Shown piece after piece: positions 18,001-31,030 of a stretch of DNA of 64,000 bases. How positions within the stretch are numbered: the stretch's first letter is position 1; the number at the start of each line of letters is the position of its first letter. Under the pieces are notes generated by a model. That model did no database searches. It was not told the DNA's origin and saw only the letters and a list, made by a program, of their open reading frames with translations. Origin of the DNA: Eledone cirrhosa (lineage: Eukaryota); NCBI GenBank assembly GCA_964016885.1, contig CAXHJY010000931.1, positions 1 to 64,000 on the forward strand. The letters are read 5' to 3'. Made by a program: the position numbers and the translations under genes.

Positions 18001-21000
18001 TGGAGTAATAGGTTGTGGGGTGGCGGTGGTGGTGTAATAGGTTGTGGGGTGGCGGTGGTGGTGTAATAGGTTGTGGGGTGGTGGTGGTGGTGTAATAGGT
18101 TGTGGGGTGGTAGTGCTGAAGTAATAGGTTGTGGGGTGGCGGTGGTGGTGTAATAGGTTGTGGGGTGGCGGTGGTGGTGTAATAGGTTGTGGGGTGGCGG
18201 TGGTGGTGTAATAGGTTGTGGGGTGGCGGTGGTGGTGTAATAGGTTGTGGGGTGTCGGTGGTGGTGTAATAGGTTGTGGGGTGGTGGTGGTGGAGTAATA
18301 GGTTGTGGGGTGGCGGTGGTGGTGTAATAGGTTGTGGGGTGGCGGTGGTGGTGTAATAGGTTGTGGGGTGGCGGTGGTGGAGTAATAGGTTGTGGGGTGG
18401 CGGTGGTGGTGTAATAGGTGGTGGGGTGGCGGTGGTGGAGTAATAGGTTGTGGGGTGGCGGTGGTGGTGTAATAGGTTGTGGGGTGGCGGTGGTGGAGTA
18501 ATAGGTTGTGGGGTGGCGGTGGTGGTGTAATAGGTTGTGGGGTGGCGGTGGTGGAGTAATAGGTTGTGGGGTGGCGGTGGTGGTGTAATAGGTTGTGGGG
18601 TGGCGGTGGTGGTGTAATAGGTTGTGGGGTGGTGGTGGTGGTTTAATAGGTTGTGGGGTGGTGGTGGTGGTGGTGGAGTAATAGGTTGTGGGGTGGCGGT
18701 GGTGGAGTAATAGGTTGTGGGTGGTAGTGGTGGAGAAATAGGTTGTGGGGTGGCGGTGGTGGTGTAATAGGTTGTGGGGTGGCGGTGGTGGTGTAATAGG
18801 TTGTGGGGTGGCGGTGGTGGTATAATAGGTTGTGAGGTGGTGGTGGTGGTGGAGTAATAGGTTGTGGGGTGGCGGTGGTGGAGTAATAGGTTGTGGGGTG
18901 GTAGTGGTGGAGTAATAGGTTGTGGGGTGGCGGTGGTGGTGTAATAGGTTGTGGGGTGGCGGTGGTGGTATAATAGGTTGTGGGGTGGCGGTGGTGGTAT
19001 AATAGGTTGTGAGGTGGTGGTGGTGGTGGAGTAATAGGTTGTGGGGTGGCGGTGGTGGAGTAATAGGTTGTGGGGTGGCAGTGGTGGAGTAATAGGTTGT
19101 GGGGTGGTGGTGGTGGAGTAATAGGTTGTGATGGTGGCGGTGGTGGAGTAATAGGTTGTGAGGTGGTGGTGGTGGTGGAGTAATAGGTTGTGGGGTGGTG
19201 GTGGTGGAGTAATAGGTTGTGGGGTGGTGGTGGTGGGGGAGTAATAGGTTGTGGGGTGGCGGTGGTGGTGTAATAGGTTGTGGGGTGGCGGTGGTGGTGT
19301 AATAGGTTGTGAGGTGGTGGTGGTGGTGGAGTAATAGGTTGTGGGGTGCTGGTGGTGGAGTAATAGGTTGTGGGGTGGCGGTGGTGGAGTAATAGGCTGT
19401 GAGGTGGTGGTGGTGTAATAGGCTGTGGGGTGGTGGTGGTGGAGTAATAGGCTATGAGGTGGCGGTGGTGTAATAGGCTGTGAGGTGGTGGTGGGGTAAT
19501 AGGCTGTGAGGTAGTGGTGGAGTAATAGGTTGTGGGGTGGTGGTGGTGGAGTAATAGGTTGTGGGGTGGCGGTGGTGGAGTAATAGGTTGTGGGGTGGCG
19601 GTGGTGGAGTAATAGGTTGTGGGGTGGCGGTGGTGGAGTAATAGGTTGTGGGGTGGCGGTGGTGGTGGAGTAATAGGTTGTGGGGTGGTCGTGGTGGAGT
19701 GATAGGTTGTGAGGTGGCGGTGGTGGAGTAATAGGTTGTGGGGTGGCGGTGGTGGAGTAATAGTGTGTGGGGTGGTGGTGGTGGAGTAATGGGTTGTGGG
19801 GTGGCGGTGGTGGAGTAATAGGTTGTGGTGTGGTGGTGGAGTAATGGGTTGTGGGGTGGTGGTGGTGGAGTAATAATTTTAATGGTGGTGGTGGTGGGGT
19901 TATAGGTTGTGAGGTAGTGGGGGAGGGGTTATAGGTTGTGAGGTCGCGGTGGTGGAGTGATAGGTTGTGGGGTGGTGGTGGTGTCGTAATAATTTGTGAG
20001 GTGGTGGTGGTGGAGTAATAGGTTGTGAGGTGGTGGTGGTGGAGTAATAGTTTGAATGGTGGTGGAGTAATAGGTTGTGTGGTGGTGGTGGTGGTGGAGT
20101 ACTAGGTTGTGAGGTGGTGCTGGTGGAGTGATAAGTTGTGAGGTGGTGGTGGTGAAGAAATAGGTTGAGGTGGTGGAGTAATAGGTTGTGAGGTGGTGGT
20201 GGTGGAGTAATAGGTTGTGTGGTGGTGGTGGTGGAGTAATAGGTTGTGTGGTGGTGGTGGTGGTGGAGAAATAGGTTTTCTGATGGTGGAGTAATAGGTT
20301 CTGTGGTGGTGGTGGTGGTGGTGGAGTGAGGTGGTGGTAGTATTGATGGAGAGTGGAGTAATAGGTTGTGAGGTGATGGTGGAGAGTGGAGTAATATCTT
20401 GTGAAGTGGGGTTGACTGGAGTAATAGGTTGTGAGGTGGTGGTGGTGGGGTGTAATAGGTTGTGTGGTGGGGTGGTGGTGGAGTAATAGGTTGAGAGGTG
20501 GTGGTGGAGTAATAGGTTTTGAGGTGGTGGTGGTGGTGGTGGTGGTGGTGAACTAATAGGTTGTGTAGTGGTGGTGGTGGAGTAATAAATTGTGAGGTGG
20601 TGGTGGTGGAGTAATAGGTTGTGAGGTGGTGGTGGTGGTGGTGGAGTAATAGGTTGTGTGGTTGTGGTGGTGGAGTAATATGTTGTGAGCTGGTGGTGGT
20701 GGGGTAATAGGTTGTGAGGTGGTGGTGGAGTATTAGGTTTTGTGGTGGTGGTGGTGGTGGAGTAATAGGTTTTGTGGTTGTGGTGGTGGTGGAGTGATAA
20801 GTTGAGATGGTGGTGGAGTAATAGGTTTTGTGGTGGTGGTGGAGTAATAGGTTTTGTGGTGGTGGTGGTGGAGTAATAGGTTGTGAGGTGGTGGTGGTGG
20901 TGGAGTAATATGTTGTGAGGTGGTGGTGGTGGTGGAGTAATAGGCTGTGAGGTGGTGGTGGTGGTGGAGTAACAGGTTGTGGTGGTGGTGGTGGAGTAAA

Positions 21001-24000
21001 AGGTTGTGTGGTGGTGGTGGTGGAGTAATAGGTTGTGAGGTGGTGGTGCTGGACTGATAGGTTGTGAGGTGGTGGTGGTGGGGTGATAGGTTGTGGGGTG
21101 GTGGTGGTGGAGTAATAGGTTGTGGGGTGGTGGTGGTGGAATAGTAGGTTGTGGGGTGGTGGTGGTGGAGTAATAGGTTGTGGGGTGGTAGTGGTGGAGT
21201 AATAGGTTGTGGGGTGGCGGTGGTGGTGTAATAGGTTGTGGGGTGGCGGTGGTGGTATAATAGGTTGTGAGGTGGTGGTGGTGGTGGAGTAATAGGTTGT
21301 GGGGTGGCGGTGGTGGAGTGATAGGTTGTGGGGTGGTAGTGGTGGAGTAATAGGTTGTGGGGTGGCGGTGGTGGTGTAATAGGTTGTGGGGTGGCGGTGG
21401 TGGTATAATAGGTTGTGAGGTGGTGGTGGTGGTGGAGTAATAGGTTGTGGGGTGGCGGTGGTGGAGTAATAGGTTGTGGGGTGGCGGTGGTGGAGTAATA
21501 GGTTGTGGGGTGGCGGTGGTGGAGTAATAGGTTGTGAGGTGGTGGTGGTGGTGGAGTAATAGGTTGTGGGGTGGTGGTGGTGGAGTAATAGGTTGTGGGG
21601 TGGTGGTGGTGGTGGAGTAATAGGTTGTGGGGTGGCGGTGGTGGTGTAATAGGTTGTGGGGTGGCGGTGGTGGTGTAATAGGTTGTGAGGTGGTGGTGGT
21701 GGTGGAGTAATAGGTTGTGGGGTGGTGGTGGTGGAGTAATAGGTTGTGGGGTGGCGGTGGTGGAGTAATAGGCTGTGAGGTGGTGGTGGTGTAATAGGCT
21801 GTGGGGTGGTGGTGGTGGAGTAATAGGCTATGAGGTGGCGGTGGTGTAATAGGCTGTGAGGTGGTGGTGGAGTAATAGGCTGTGAGGTAGTGGTGGAGTA
21901 ATAGGTTGTGGGGTGGTGGTGGTGGAGTAATAGGTTGTGGGGTGGCGGTGGTGGAGTAATAGGTTGCGGGGTGGCAGTGGTGGAGTAATAGGTTGTGGGG
22001 TGGCGGTGGTGGAGTAATAGGTTGTGGGGTGGCGGTGGTGGTGGAGTAATAGGTTGTGGGGTGGTGGTGGTGGAGTGATAGGTTGTGAGGTGGCGGTGGT
22101 GGAGTAATAGGTTGTGGGGTGGCGGTTATGGAGTAATAGGGTGTGGGGTGGTGGTGGTGGAGTAATGGGTTGTGGGGTGGCGGTGGTGGAGTAATAGGTT
22201 GTGGTGTGGTGGTGGAGTAATGGGTTGTGGGGTGGTGGTGGTGGAGTAATAATTTTAATGGTGGTGGTGGTGGGGTTATAGGTTGTGAGGTAGTGGGGGA
22301 GGGGTTATAGGTTGTGAGGTCGCGGTGGTGGAGTGATAGGTTGTGGGGTGGTGGTGGTGTCGTAATAATTTGTGAGGTGGTGGTGGTGGAGTAATAGGTG
22401 GTGGTGGTGGTGGTGGAGTAATAGGTTGTGATGTGGTGGTGGTGGAGTAATAGTTTGAATGGTGGTGGAGTAATAGGTTGTGTGGTGGTGGTGGTGGTGG
22501 AGTACTAGGTTGTGAGGTGGTGCTGGTGGAGTGATGAGTTGTGAGGTGGTGGTGGTGAAGAAATAGGTTGAGGTGGTGGAGTAATAGGTTGTGAGGTGGT
22601 GGTGGTGGAGTAATAGGTTGTGTGGTGGTGGTGGTGGAGTAATAGGTTGTGTGGTGGTGGTGGTGGTGGAGAAATAGGTTTTCTGATGGTGGAGTAATAG
22701 GTTCTGTGGTGGTGGTGGTGGTGGTGGAGTGAGGTGGTGGTAGTATTGATGGAGAGTGGAGTAATAGGTTGTGAGGTGATGGTGGAGAGTGGAGTAATAT
22801 CTTGTGAAGTGGGGTTGACTGGAGTAATAGGTTGTGAGGTGGTGGTGGTGGGGTGTAATAGGTTGTGTGGTGGGGTGGTGGTGGAGTAATAGGTTGAGAG
22901 GTGGTGGTGGAGTAATAGGTTTTGAGGTGGTGGTGGTGGTGGTGGTGGTGAACTAATAGTTTGTGTAGTGGTGGTGGTGGAGTAATAAATTGTGAGGTGG
23001 TGGTGGTGGAGTAATAGGTTGTGAGGTGGTGGTGGTGGTGGTGGAGTAATAGGTTGTGTGGTGGTGGTGGTAGAGTAATATGTTGTGAGCTGGTGGTGGT
23101 GGGGTAATAGGTTGTGAGGTGGTGGTGGAGTATTAGGTTTTGTGGTGGTGGTGGAGTAATAGGTTTTGTGGTTGTGGTGGTGGTGGAGTGATAAGTTGAG
23201 ATGGTGGTGGAGTAATAGGTTTTGTGGTGGTGGTGGAGTAATAGGTTTTGTGGTGGTGGTGGTGGAGTAATAGGTTGTGAGGTGGTGGTGGTGGTGGAGT
23301 AATATGTTGTGAGGTGGTGGTGGTGGTGGAGTAATAGGCTGTGAGGTGGTGGTGGTGGTGGAGTAACAGGTTGTGGTGGTGGTGGTGGTGGAGTAAAAGG
23401 TTGTGTGGTGGTGGTGGTGGAGTAATAGGTTGTGAGGTGGTGGTGCTGGACTGATAGGTTGTGAGGTGGTGGTGGTGGGGTGATAGGTTGTGGGATGGTG
23501 GTGGTGGAGTAATAGGTTGTGGGTGGTGGTGGTGGAATAATAGGTTGTGGGGTGGTGGTGGTGGAATAATAGGTTGTGGGGTGGTGGTGGTGGAGTAATA
23601 GGCTGTGGTGGTGGTGGTGGTGGAGTAATAGGCTGCGTGGTGGTGGTGGTGGTGGTGGAGTAATAGGCTGTGTGGTGGTGGTGGTGGTGGAGTAATAGGC
23701 TGTGTGGTGGTGGTGGTGGTGGTGGAGTAAATGTTTGTAGGTGGTGGTGGGGTAATAGGCTTTGTGGTGGTGGTGGTGGTGGTGGAGTAATAGGCTGTGT
23801 GGTGGTGGTGGTGGTGGTGGATTAAAAGGTTGTGTGGTGGTGGTGGTGGAGTAATAGGTTGTGAGGTGGTGGTGGTGGTGGTGGATTAAAAGGTTGTGTG
23901 GTGGTGGTGGTGGTGGTGGTGGTGGAGTAATAGGCTGTGTGGTGGTGGTGGTGGAGTAAAAGTTTGTAGGTGGTGGTGGAGTAATAGGCTTTGTGGTGGT

Positions 24001-26725
24001 GGTGGTGGTGGAGTAATAGGCTGTGTGGTGGTGGTGGTGGTGGTGGATTAAAAGGTTGTGTGGTGGTGGTGGTGGAGTAATAGGTTGTGAGGTGGTGGTG
24101 GTGGTGGTGGATTAAAAGGTTGTGTGGTGGTGGTGGTGGTGGTGGTGGTGGAGTAATAGGCTGTGTAGTGGTGGTGGTGGTGGTGGATTAAAAGGTTGTG
24201 TGGTGGTGGTGGTGGAGTAATAGGTTGTGAGGTGGTGGTGGTGGTGGTGGATTAAAAGGTTGTGTGGTGGTGGTGGTGGATTAAAAGGTTGTGTGGTGGT
24301 GGTGGTGGTGGATTAAAAGGTTGTGTGGTGGTGGTGGAGTAATAGGCTGTGTGGTGGTGGTGGTTGTGGATTAAAAGGTTGTGTGGTGGTGGTGGTGGAG
24401 TAATAGGCTGGGTGGTGGTGGTGGAGTAATAGGTTGTGAGGTGGTGGTGGAGTCATAGGTTTTGTTGTGGTGGTGGTGGTGGAGTGATAGGTTCTGTGGT
24501 GGTGGTGGTGGAGTAATAGGATGTGTGGTGGTGGTGGAGTGATAGGTTGTGAGGTGGTGGTGGTGGAGTGATAGGTTCTGTGCTGGTGGTGGTGGAGTAA
24601 TAGGCTGTGTGGTGGTGGTGGTGGTGGTGGATTAAAAGGTTGTGTGGTGGTGGTGGTGGATTAAAAGGTTGTGTGGTGGTGGTGGTGGTGGAGTAATAGG
24701 CTGTGTGGTGGTGGTGGTGGTGGATTAAAAGGTTGTGTGGTGGTGGTGGTGGAGTAATAGGCTGTGGTGGTGGTGGTGGTGGTGGAGTAATAGGCTGGGT
24801 GGTGGTGGTGGAGTAATAGGTTGTGAGGTGGTGGTGGAGTCATAGGTTTTGTTGTGGTGGTGGTGGTGGAGTGATAGGTTGTGAGGTGGTGGTGGTGGAG
24901 TGATAGGTTCTGTGGTGGTGGTGGTGGAGTAATAGGTTGTGAGGTGGTGGTGGAGTCATAGGTTTTGTTGTGGTGGTGGTGGTGGAGTGATAGGTTCTGT
25001 GGTGGTGGTGGTGGAGTAATAGGATGTGTGGTGGTGGTGGAGTGATAGGTTGTGAGGTGGTGGTGGAGTCATAGGTTTTGTTGTGGTGGTGGTGGTGGAG
25101 TGATAGGTTCTGTGGTGGTGGTGGTGGAGTAATAGGATGTGTGGTGGTGGTGGAGTGATAGGTTGTGAGGTGGTGGTGGTGGAGTGATAGGTTCTGTGGT
25201 GGTGGTGGTGGAGTAATAGGCTGTGTGGTGGTGGTGGTGGTGGTGGTGGATTAATAGGTTGTGAGGTGGTGGTGGAGTCATAGGTTTTGTTGTGGTGGTG
25301 GTGGTGGAGTGATAGGTTCTGTGGTGGTGGTGGTGGTGGTGGTGGAGTAATAGGTTGTGAGGTGGTGGTGGTGGTGGAGTAATAGGTTGTGAGGTGGTGG
25401 TGGTGGAGTAATAGGTTCTGGGTGGTGGTTGTGGAGTAATGGGTTGTGGGGTGGTGGTGGTGGAGTAATAGGTTGTGAGGTGGTGGTGGAGTAATAGGTT
25501 GTGAGGTGGTGGTGGAGTCATAGGTTTTGTTGTGGTGGTGGTGGTGGAGTGATAGGTTCTGTGGTGGTGGTGGTGGTGGTGGAGTAATAGGTTGTGAGGT
25601 GGTGGTGGTGGTGGAGTAATAGGTTGTGAGGTGGTGGTGGTGGAGTAATAGGTTCTGGGTGGTGGTTGTGGAGTAATGGGTTGTGGGGTGGTGGTGGTGG
25701 AGTAATAGGTTGTGAGGTGGTGGTGGAGTAATAGGTTTAGTGGTGGTGGTGGTAGTGGTGGTGGAATAATAGGTTGTGAGGTGGTGGTGGTGGAGTAATA
25801 GTTTGTGAGGTGGTGGTGGTGGAGTAATATGTTGTCGGGTGGTGGAGTAATAGGTTGTGGGGGTGGTGGTTGTGGAGTAATAGGTTGCGTGGTGGTGGTG
25901 GTGGAGTAATATGTTGTGGGGTGGTGGTGGTTGTGGAGTAATAGGTTGTGGTGGTTGTGATGGAGTAATAGGTTTAGTGGTGGTGGTGGTGGAGTAATAG
26001 GTTGTGGGGTGGTGGTGGTTGTGGAGTAATAGGTTGTGAGGTGGTGGTGGTTGTGGAGTAATATGTTGTGGGGTGGTGGTGGTTGTGGAGTAATAGGTTG
26101 TGGTGGTTGTGATGGAGTAATAGGTTTAGTGGTGGTTGTGATGGAGTAATAGGTTTAGTGGTGGTGGTGGTGGAGTAATAGGTTGTGAGGTGGTGGTGGT
26201 TGTGGAGTAATAGGTTGTGAGATGGTGGTGGAGTAATAGGTTGTGGTGGTGGTGATGGAGTAATAGGTTGTGGTGGTGGTGATGGAGTAATAGGTTGTGG
26301 TGGTGGTGATGGAGTGATAGGTTTAGTGGTGGTGGTGTTGGAGTAATAGGTTGTGAGGTGGTGATGGAGAAATAGGTTGTGAGGTGGTGGTGCTGGAGTG
26401 ATAGGTTGTGGGGAGGTGTTGGTGCTGGAGTAATAGGTTGTGAGGTGGTGGTGCTGGAGTAATAGGTTGTGTGGTGGTGGTGGTGGAGTGATAGGTTGTT
26501 AGGTGGTGGTGCTGGAGTAATAGGTTGTGAGGTGGTGGTGGTGGAGTGATAGGTTGTGTGGTGGTGGTGGTGGAGTGATAGGTTGTTAGGTGGTGGTGCT
26601 GGAGTAATAGGTTGTGAGGTGGTGGTGGTGGAGTGATAGGTTGTGTGGTGGTGGTGGTGGAGTGATAGGTTGTGTGGTGGTGGTGGTGGAGTAATAGGTT
26701 GTGAGGTGGTGGTGGTGGTGGGTGG
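12005..26725. repeat. 14.7-kb G/T-rich minisatellite, core unit 29 bp GGTGGTGGAGTAATAGGTTGTGGGGTGGC
   Basis: Hundreds of GAGTAATAGGTTGTG cores separated by variable (GGT)n; the H/T/P ORFs are artefacts. Confidence 0.98.
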
Positions 26726-27349
26726 GAATAACTCCATGTTATAATAAAAGTAAAGTATGTTGACCCTTAACTGGAACAGTTGGAGTCGGCTGCAGTGAGG
26801 GAAACCATTGAGGGGCTCCCTTTGAAAGCTTCCAGTGTGTGAGAGACAGCAGTGTTAAAATTGTCCAACGGCGGAATTTAACGCGGAGTAGAGAGGGGGT
26901 TAGAGAGAGGTGGGAGTAGAGAGAGGAAGTGACAGTGGGAGAATGAGAGATGGGGAGAGGAGGGAAGTAGACAGGGGGAGAGGAGAGAGTGAGTGAGAGA
27001 GTGGAGTGAAGGAGGGAAGTAGAGAGAGAGTGACAGTGAGAGAGGGGGGGGGAAGCATGTTTTTGCATACACGACTGAATGAAGTTTATTACTAAATGAG
27101 GTACATGACTGTCTTATTTCATAGCCTCTCCTTTCAAGACGTTGCTTCAATATATAATATATATATATATGTGCAAAAAATGAAACGAAATTTCATTTCT
27201 CACTCTTAGTACGGCTGTTACTTAAATATAAGTATGTATACGTACATACATATATGTATACAGACGGACACTAGTATGTATATATATACATACATGCACA
27301 CATATATATACGTATGGATTTACCGAACATTTATTATAATGCTAAAGGA

Positions 27350-27392
27350 ACGATGTACTCGTTTCAAGCTTATTAGCTATCGTCAGCACCGT
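27350..27392 (-). ncRNA. Minimal type I hammerhead ribozyme
   Basis: Minus strand: ACGGTG-CTGACGA-T-AGC(TAATAA)GCT-T-GAAAC-GA-GTA-CATCGT. Confidence 0.75.
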
Positions 27393-27717
27393 ATACCTTC
27401 CTGCCAGATGATTGAACGTCTGAAAGTGTATACTTTCCTTATGTTCGGTAAATCCATACGTACATATATATATATGTGTGCATGTATGTATATATATATA
27501 TACATACTACTGTACGTCTGTATACATATATGTCTGTACGTATACATACTTATATTTAAGTAACAGCCGTACTAAGAGTGAGAAATGAAATTTCGTTTCA
27601 TTTTTTCCATTTATTGTTTTCGGTGCGCCCGGCCGATTAACTCACTCGATATGCAAATTAGGCTGCTCAGCCATTAATATGCATTAATATACGTTCAATC
27701 ATCTGGCAGGATGGTAT

Positions 27718-27760
27718 ACGGTGCTGACGATAGCTAATAAGCTTGAAACTAGTACATCGT
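27718..27760 (+). ncRNA. Minimal type I hammerhead ribozyme
   Basis: Stem I ACGGTG/CATCGT, CTGACGA, stem II AGC/GCT, GAAAC, palindromic stem III ACTAGT, GUA triplet. Confidence 0.82.
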
Positions 27761-28039
27761 CCCTTTGTCAGTAATGAACAAAAGGACAACGATGGTTGCT
27801 AAACACTGTACGGCTTAATTTGGGATGTTTGTTTACAAACAAACCGAGCATTATAATAAATGTTCGGTAAATCCATACGTACATATATATATGTGTGCAT
27901 GTATATATATACATACTACTGTACGTATGTATACATATATGTATGTACGTATACATACTTATATTTAAGTAACTTATATTTAGAACATCTGACTGATAGA
28001 ATGACAAGTCAGTCAATCATATTGGTGGCCTCCCCACAA

Positions 28040-28517
28040 CCCCGTCGGACAGAATAGAGAAGGCATTTCACCGGAGGTCGGCAAGGGAGACGCGCTGGAA
28101 AAGCCATTTCAAATCGCGAGGCTCACACCTGTGGCTGGGCAGCTCAGCGCCTATGGTGGTTAGTAGGGTGGTAGCCCTAGGGCCGAGGAAACCAGAAGTC
28201 TCCACTGCCAAGGATACAACCGCAAACCTGTCGGAGAGCAACCGATATTTGAAGAGTTTGGCCTCCTCAGCCCGACGTGCAGCAGAACCTGGGTTAGTCG
28301 CAGACTGCACAAGGTTGCGTCTGGAGAATGTGTCGGTGCAAGTGGCATCCCAGACGAGGGGTTTGCCACCGCGGAACGGGAAGATGGTCATGCCATCTGG
28401 CCTTTTGCCGTCCCCTCAGTCAAGCCCCACCGGCACGAACTGGGAAGGGAAGACTGCAGTGTCCCTGCCATGCTTTATGACCTCGTTGAGGGCAGCATGG
28501 CGTGGAAGGTGGCCGGC
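28040..28517 (-). mobile_element. 5'-truncated CRE-like non-LTR retrotransposon, C-terminal restriction-like endonuclease (pseudogenic)
   Basis: [61 protein letters not shown]: PD-(D/E)xK RLE signature with one in-frame stop. Confidence 0.85.
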
Positions 28518-28780
28518 ACTGTACGAAATTAACGTACAAGTGGCTGAGCATTCCACAGACACGCGTACTCTTACCGCAGTTCTCAGGGAGATTCAGTGTG
28601 ACACAGTGTGTGACAACAAGGCTGGTCCTTCAAATTACAAGTACAACTCATTATTGCCAGCTGAGTGGATTGGAACAACGTGAAGTAAAGTGTCTTGCTC
28701 AAGGATACAACACGCCACCGAGAACCGAAGTCACGACCTTACGATCGTGAGCTGAATACCCTAACCACAAAGCACCCTCA
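28518..28780 (-). mobile_element. tRNA-derived SINE, second family
   Basis: Reverse complement of the 31488-31808 family (GTGTCTTGCTCAAGGA, CGACCTTACGATCGTGAGC). Confidence 0.8.
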
Positions 28781-29144
28781 CAATAGGGCAGTGTAGAGTA
28801 TGACTAAAATTTGTTTGTTTTTGTAATATAAAACATGTCATTAAAATGTTGGAAACAGTTTATTAATGAAATATCCATTATCTTTGAATTTCTTATTTAC
28901 GTATGTGTGTGTGTGGGGGGGGGGGGGTCAGAGTCGGAGTCGGAGAGAGAAGGAAAGAGGACCAAAAAAGGTAGAGAGGGGGTAGGGAGGGAAAGCAGAG
29001 AATGGAATAATTGGAGTCTGTTAAATAGTTGTGATTGTGTGATCGGAAGTTCGATTTGTCGTTTTTTCTTTATTTATTATTCATTGATGAAATTAAAGAA
29101 TCTTTCAACCGGAACCCATTTTGTTTGTTCAATCATTAATAATG

Positions 29145-29584
29145 ATTTCTAGTATAGGCACAAGGCCAGTAATTTTTTTTTTTTTGGGGGGGGGGAGTTG
29201 ATTAAATCAACCCCAGTACATTACTGGTACTTTATTTTATCCACTCCGTAAGGATGAAAGGCAAAGTTAACCTCGGCAGGATTTGAACTCAGACCATAAA
29301 GGGCCGTAACTCTATACTGCAAAGCATGGCGTCCGACCCTCTACCGATACTGCCAATCCACCCACACCCACCCCCCAGTTTAATCATCATTAATAATTGT
29401 TTCTACTTTTGGCACTAGGCCAGCAATTACCCCAGTGTATTACTGGTACTTTATTTTATCTACTCCGTAAGAATGAAAGGCAAAGTTAACCTCGGCGGGA
29501 TTTGAACTCAGACCATAAAGGGCCGTAACTCTTTGCTGCAAAGCATGGCGTCCGACCCTCTACCGATACTGCCAATCCACCGCC
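29145..29584 (-). mobile_element. Two head-to-tail Nin-domain tRNA-SINEs (29145-29362, 29396-29584)
   Basis: Near-identical copies ending in ACTGCCAATCCAC(CGCC). Confidence 0.9.
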
Positions 29585-31030
29585 AAAATCATCATTAATA
29601 ATAAAATCGATCTCGTGTCCGTCCGTCCGTCAATTCACTTCCGAGCAGTGAGCGCAGGCGCAATGAACTCATGTTTAACAAGTGCAATTCAAAAAATTAT
29701 ATAAGAGTTTATAAGTATATTTTAGAATCTGTTCATTTTATGTTACTTTTATGACAATATTTATTATGTATTGTATTGAAAACACTGAATAAGTGATTAG
29801 ATATTGGTCTGACTGGTAACGATGATGAGATTAAATCTTTTTCAGAAATGACGTGTTACTGGATGGTAACATTAGATGGTTTCAAATCAGATCTCCTTGC
29901 TATCGATTGAGATAGATCACATTTGAGGATGGTTAGTGTTTTAGCCAGGCTAAAATAACTAGGTTTCAGAACCATTTACAATATTATAGCATTGCCTAGG
30001 GCGCTGGATTGGCAGAATCGGTAGAGCGTCGGACAAGCATAACAGTAGGTTGTGATAATGACGAATAGTTGACTGCTATTTCTAGCATATGTTATGTTTT
30101 TTCTTGACTATTCTCAAAGTGACTCTAGTAACCCTCATATCAAAAGTATCCCCGCCATATCCATCCTATCTTATTGTATATCTCAACTACAATGTCAAAA
30201 TATCCAATATGTCCTTTTCCATTACGTGCGGTATCATCCGAGATAAAGATTTGGCAATTATTTCTAGCTGTATCTGTGTATGGGTATGTATGTTTGATGT
30301 AGCAGCTGGAAGATTCAGAAATGTGGTCTTTTAAAGCAACGATCCTGGTCTCTATACTAAGGTTCTCGTCTAGCAAGCAGTTTATGTTACAACACTTCCA
30401 CGTAGACCCAAGGTAGGCCTTAAATAAAGGTGACACATTAAAGCCCTCAAGCCCTTTAACATTGAATATTTTCAGAAAACTGTTTTAGTCACCTGATGAT
30501 ATAGAATTATGCACACAGAAATCCTTTATTGAACCCAAACCAACAATATTGATTCCTCACAATAGAAGTATCAATAAACAGCTCAGATATCTCCGTGATA
30601 TCTCAGATATCTACGGCCAATTACACTGTAGTCAACGCCTGACTCGAAGAGCAAATAAGTGGTACAAATACCAGCTTAAGTTTACTTTGAAGAGAAGTTT
30701 GGCATTCTCACTGTTGGAATGAGATGGACAATAAAAAGAAGTACACTCAGACCAAGTGACATACCTATTCTCTACAACTAAACATTTACAGATCACATCT
30801 ACGGTCAAAGTTGAGGCAGGAGACATTTACACGTCCTACGGTCAAGGTTGAGGTAGGAGACATTTATACGTCCTACGTACGGTCACAGTTGTACATTTAA
30901 GATTGTGATGTACAGACATCATAGGATTGACATCTGGGGCAGAAAATAATCACCATAAGATTCGATGGACAAATATAAGCTATTATTCTTGGAAAATTAA
31001 TTAGCGGAGGTCATTATTTGAGACCCGAGA

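Larger units (their letters stand above)
27175..27972. mobile_element. Non-coding HHR-bearing element (PLE pLTR-like or retrozyme-like): inverted copy plus 1.27 tandem units of 419 bp
   Basis: 27175-27330 is the reverse complement of 27441-27606; 27344-27419 is the reverse complement of 27691-27766; ATGTTCGGTAAATCC recurs at 27441 and 27860. Confidence 0.8.

Noticed and set aside
12005-26725. Telomeric repeat
   Set aside because: TAGG cores are present but there is no (TTAGGG)n or (TTAGG)n array
12228-26737. His/Thr/Pro-rich ORFs
   Set aside because: Products of the (GGT)n minisatellite with frame-cycling and frequent stops
27767-27846. Deleted segment as a spliced intron
   Set aside because: Starts GTCAGT but the deletion ends at ..AAACCG, leaving the AG in the deleted copy; no polypyrimidine tract
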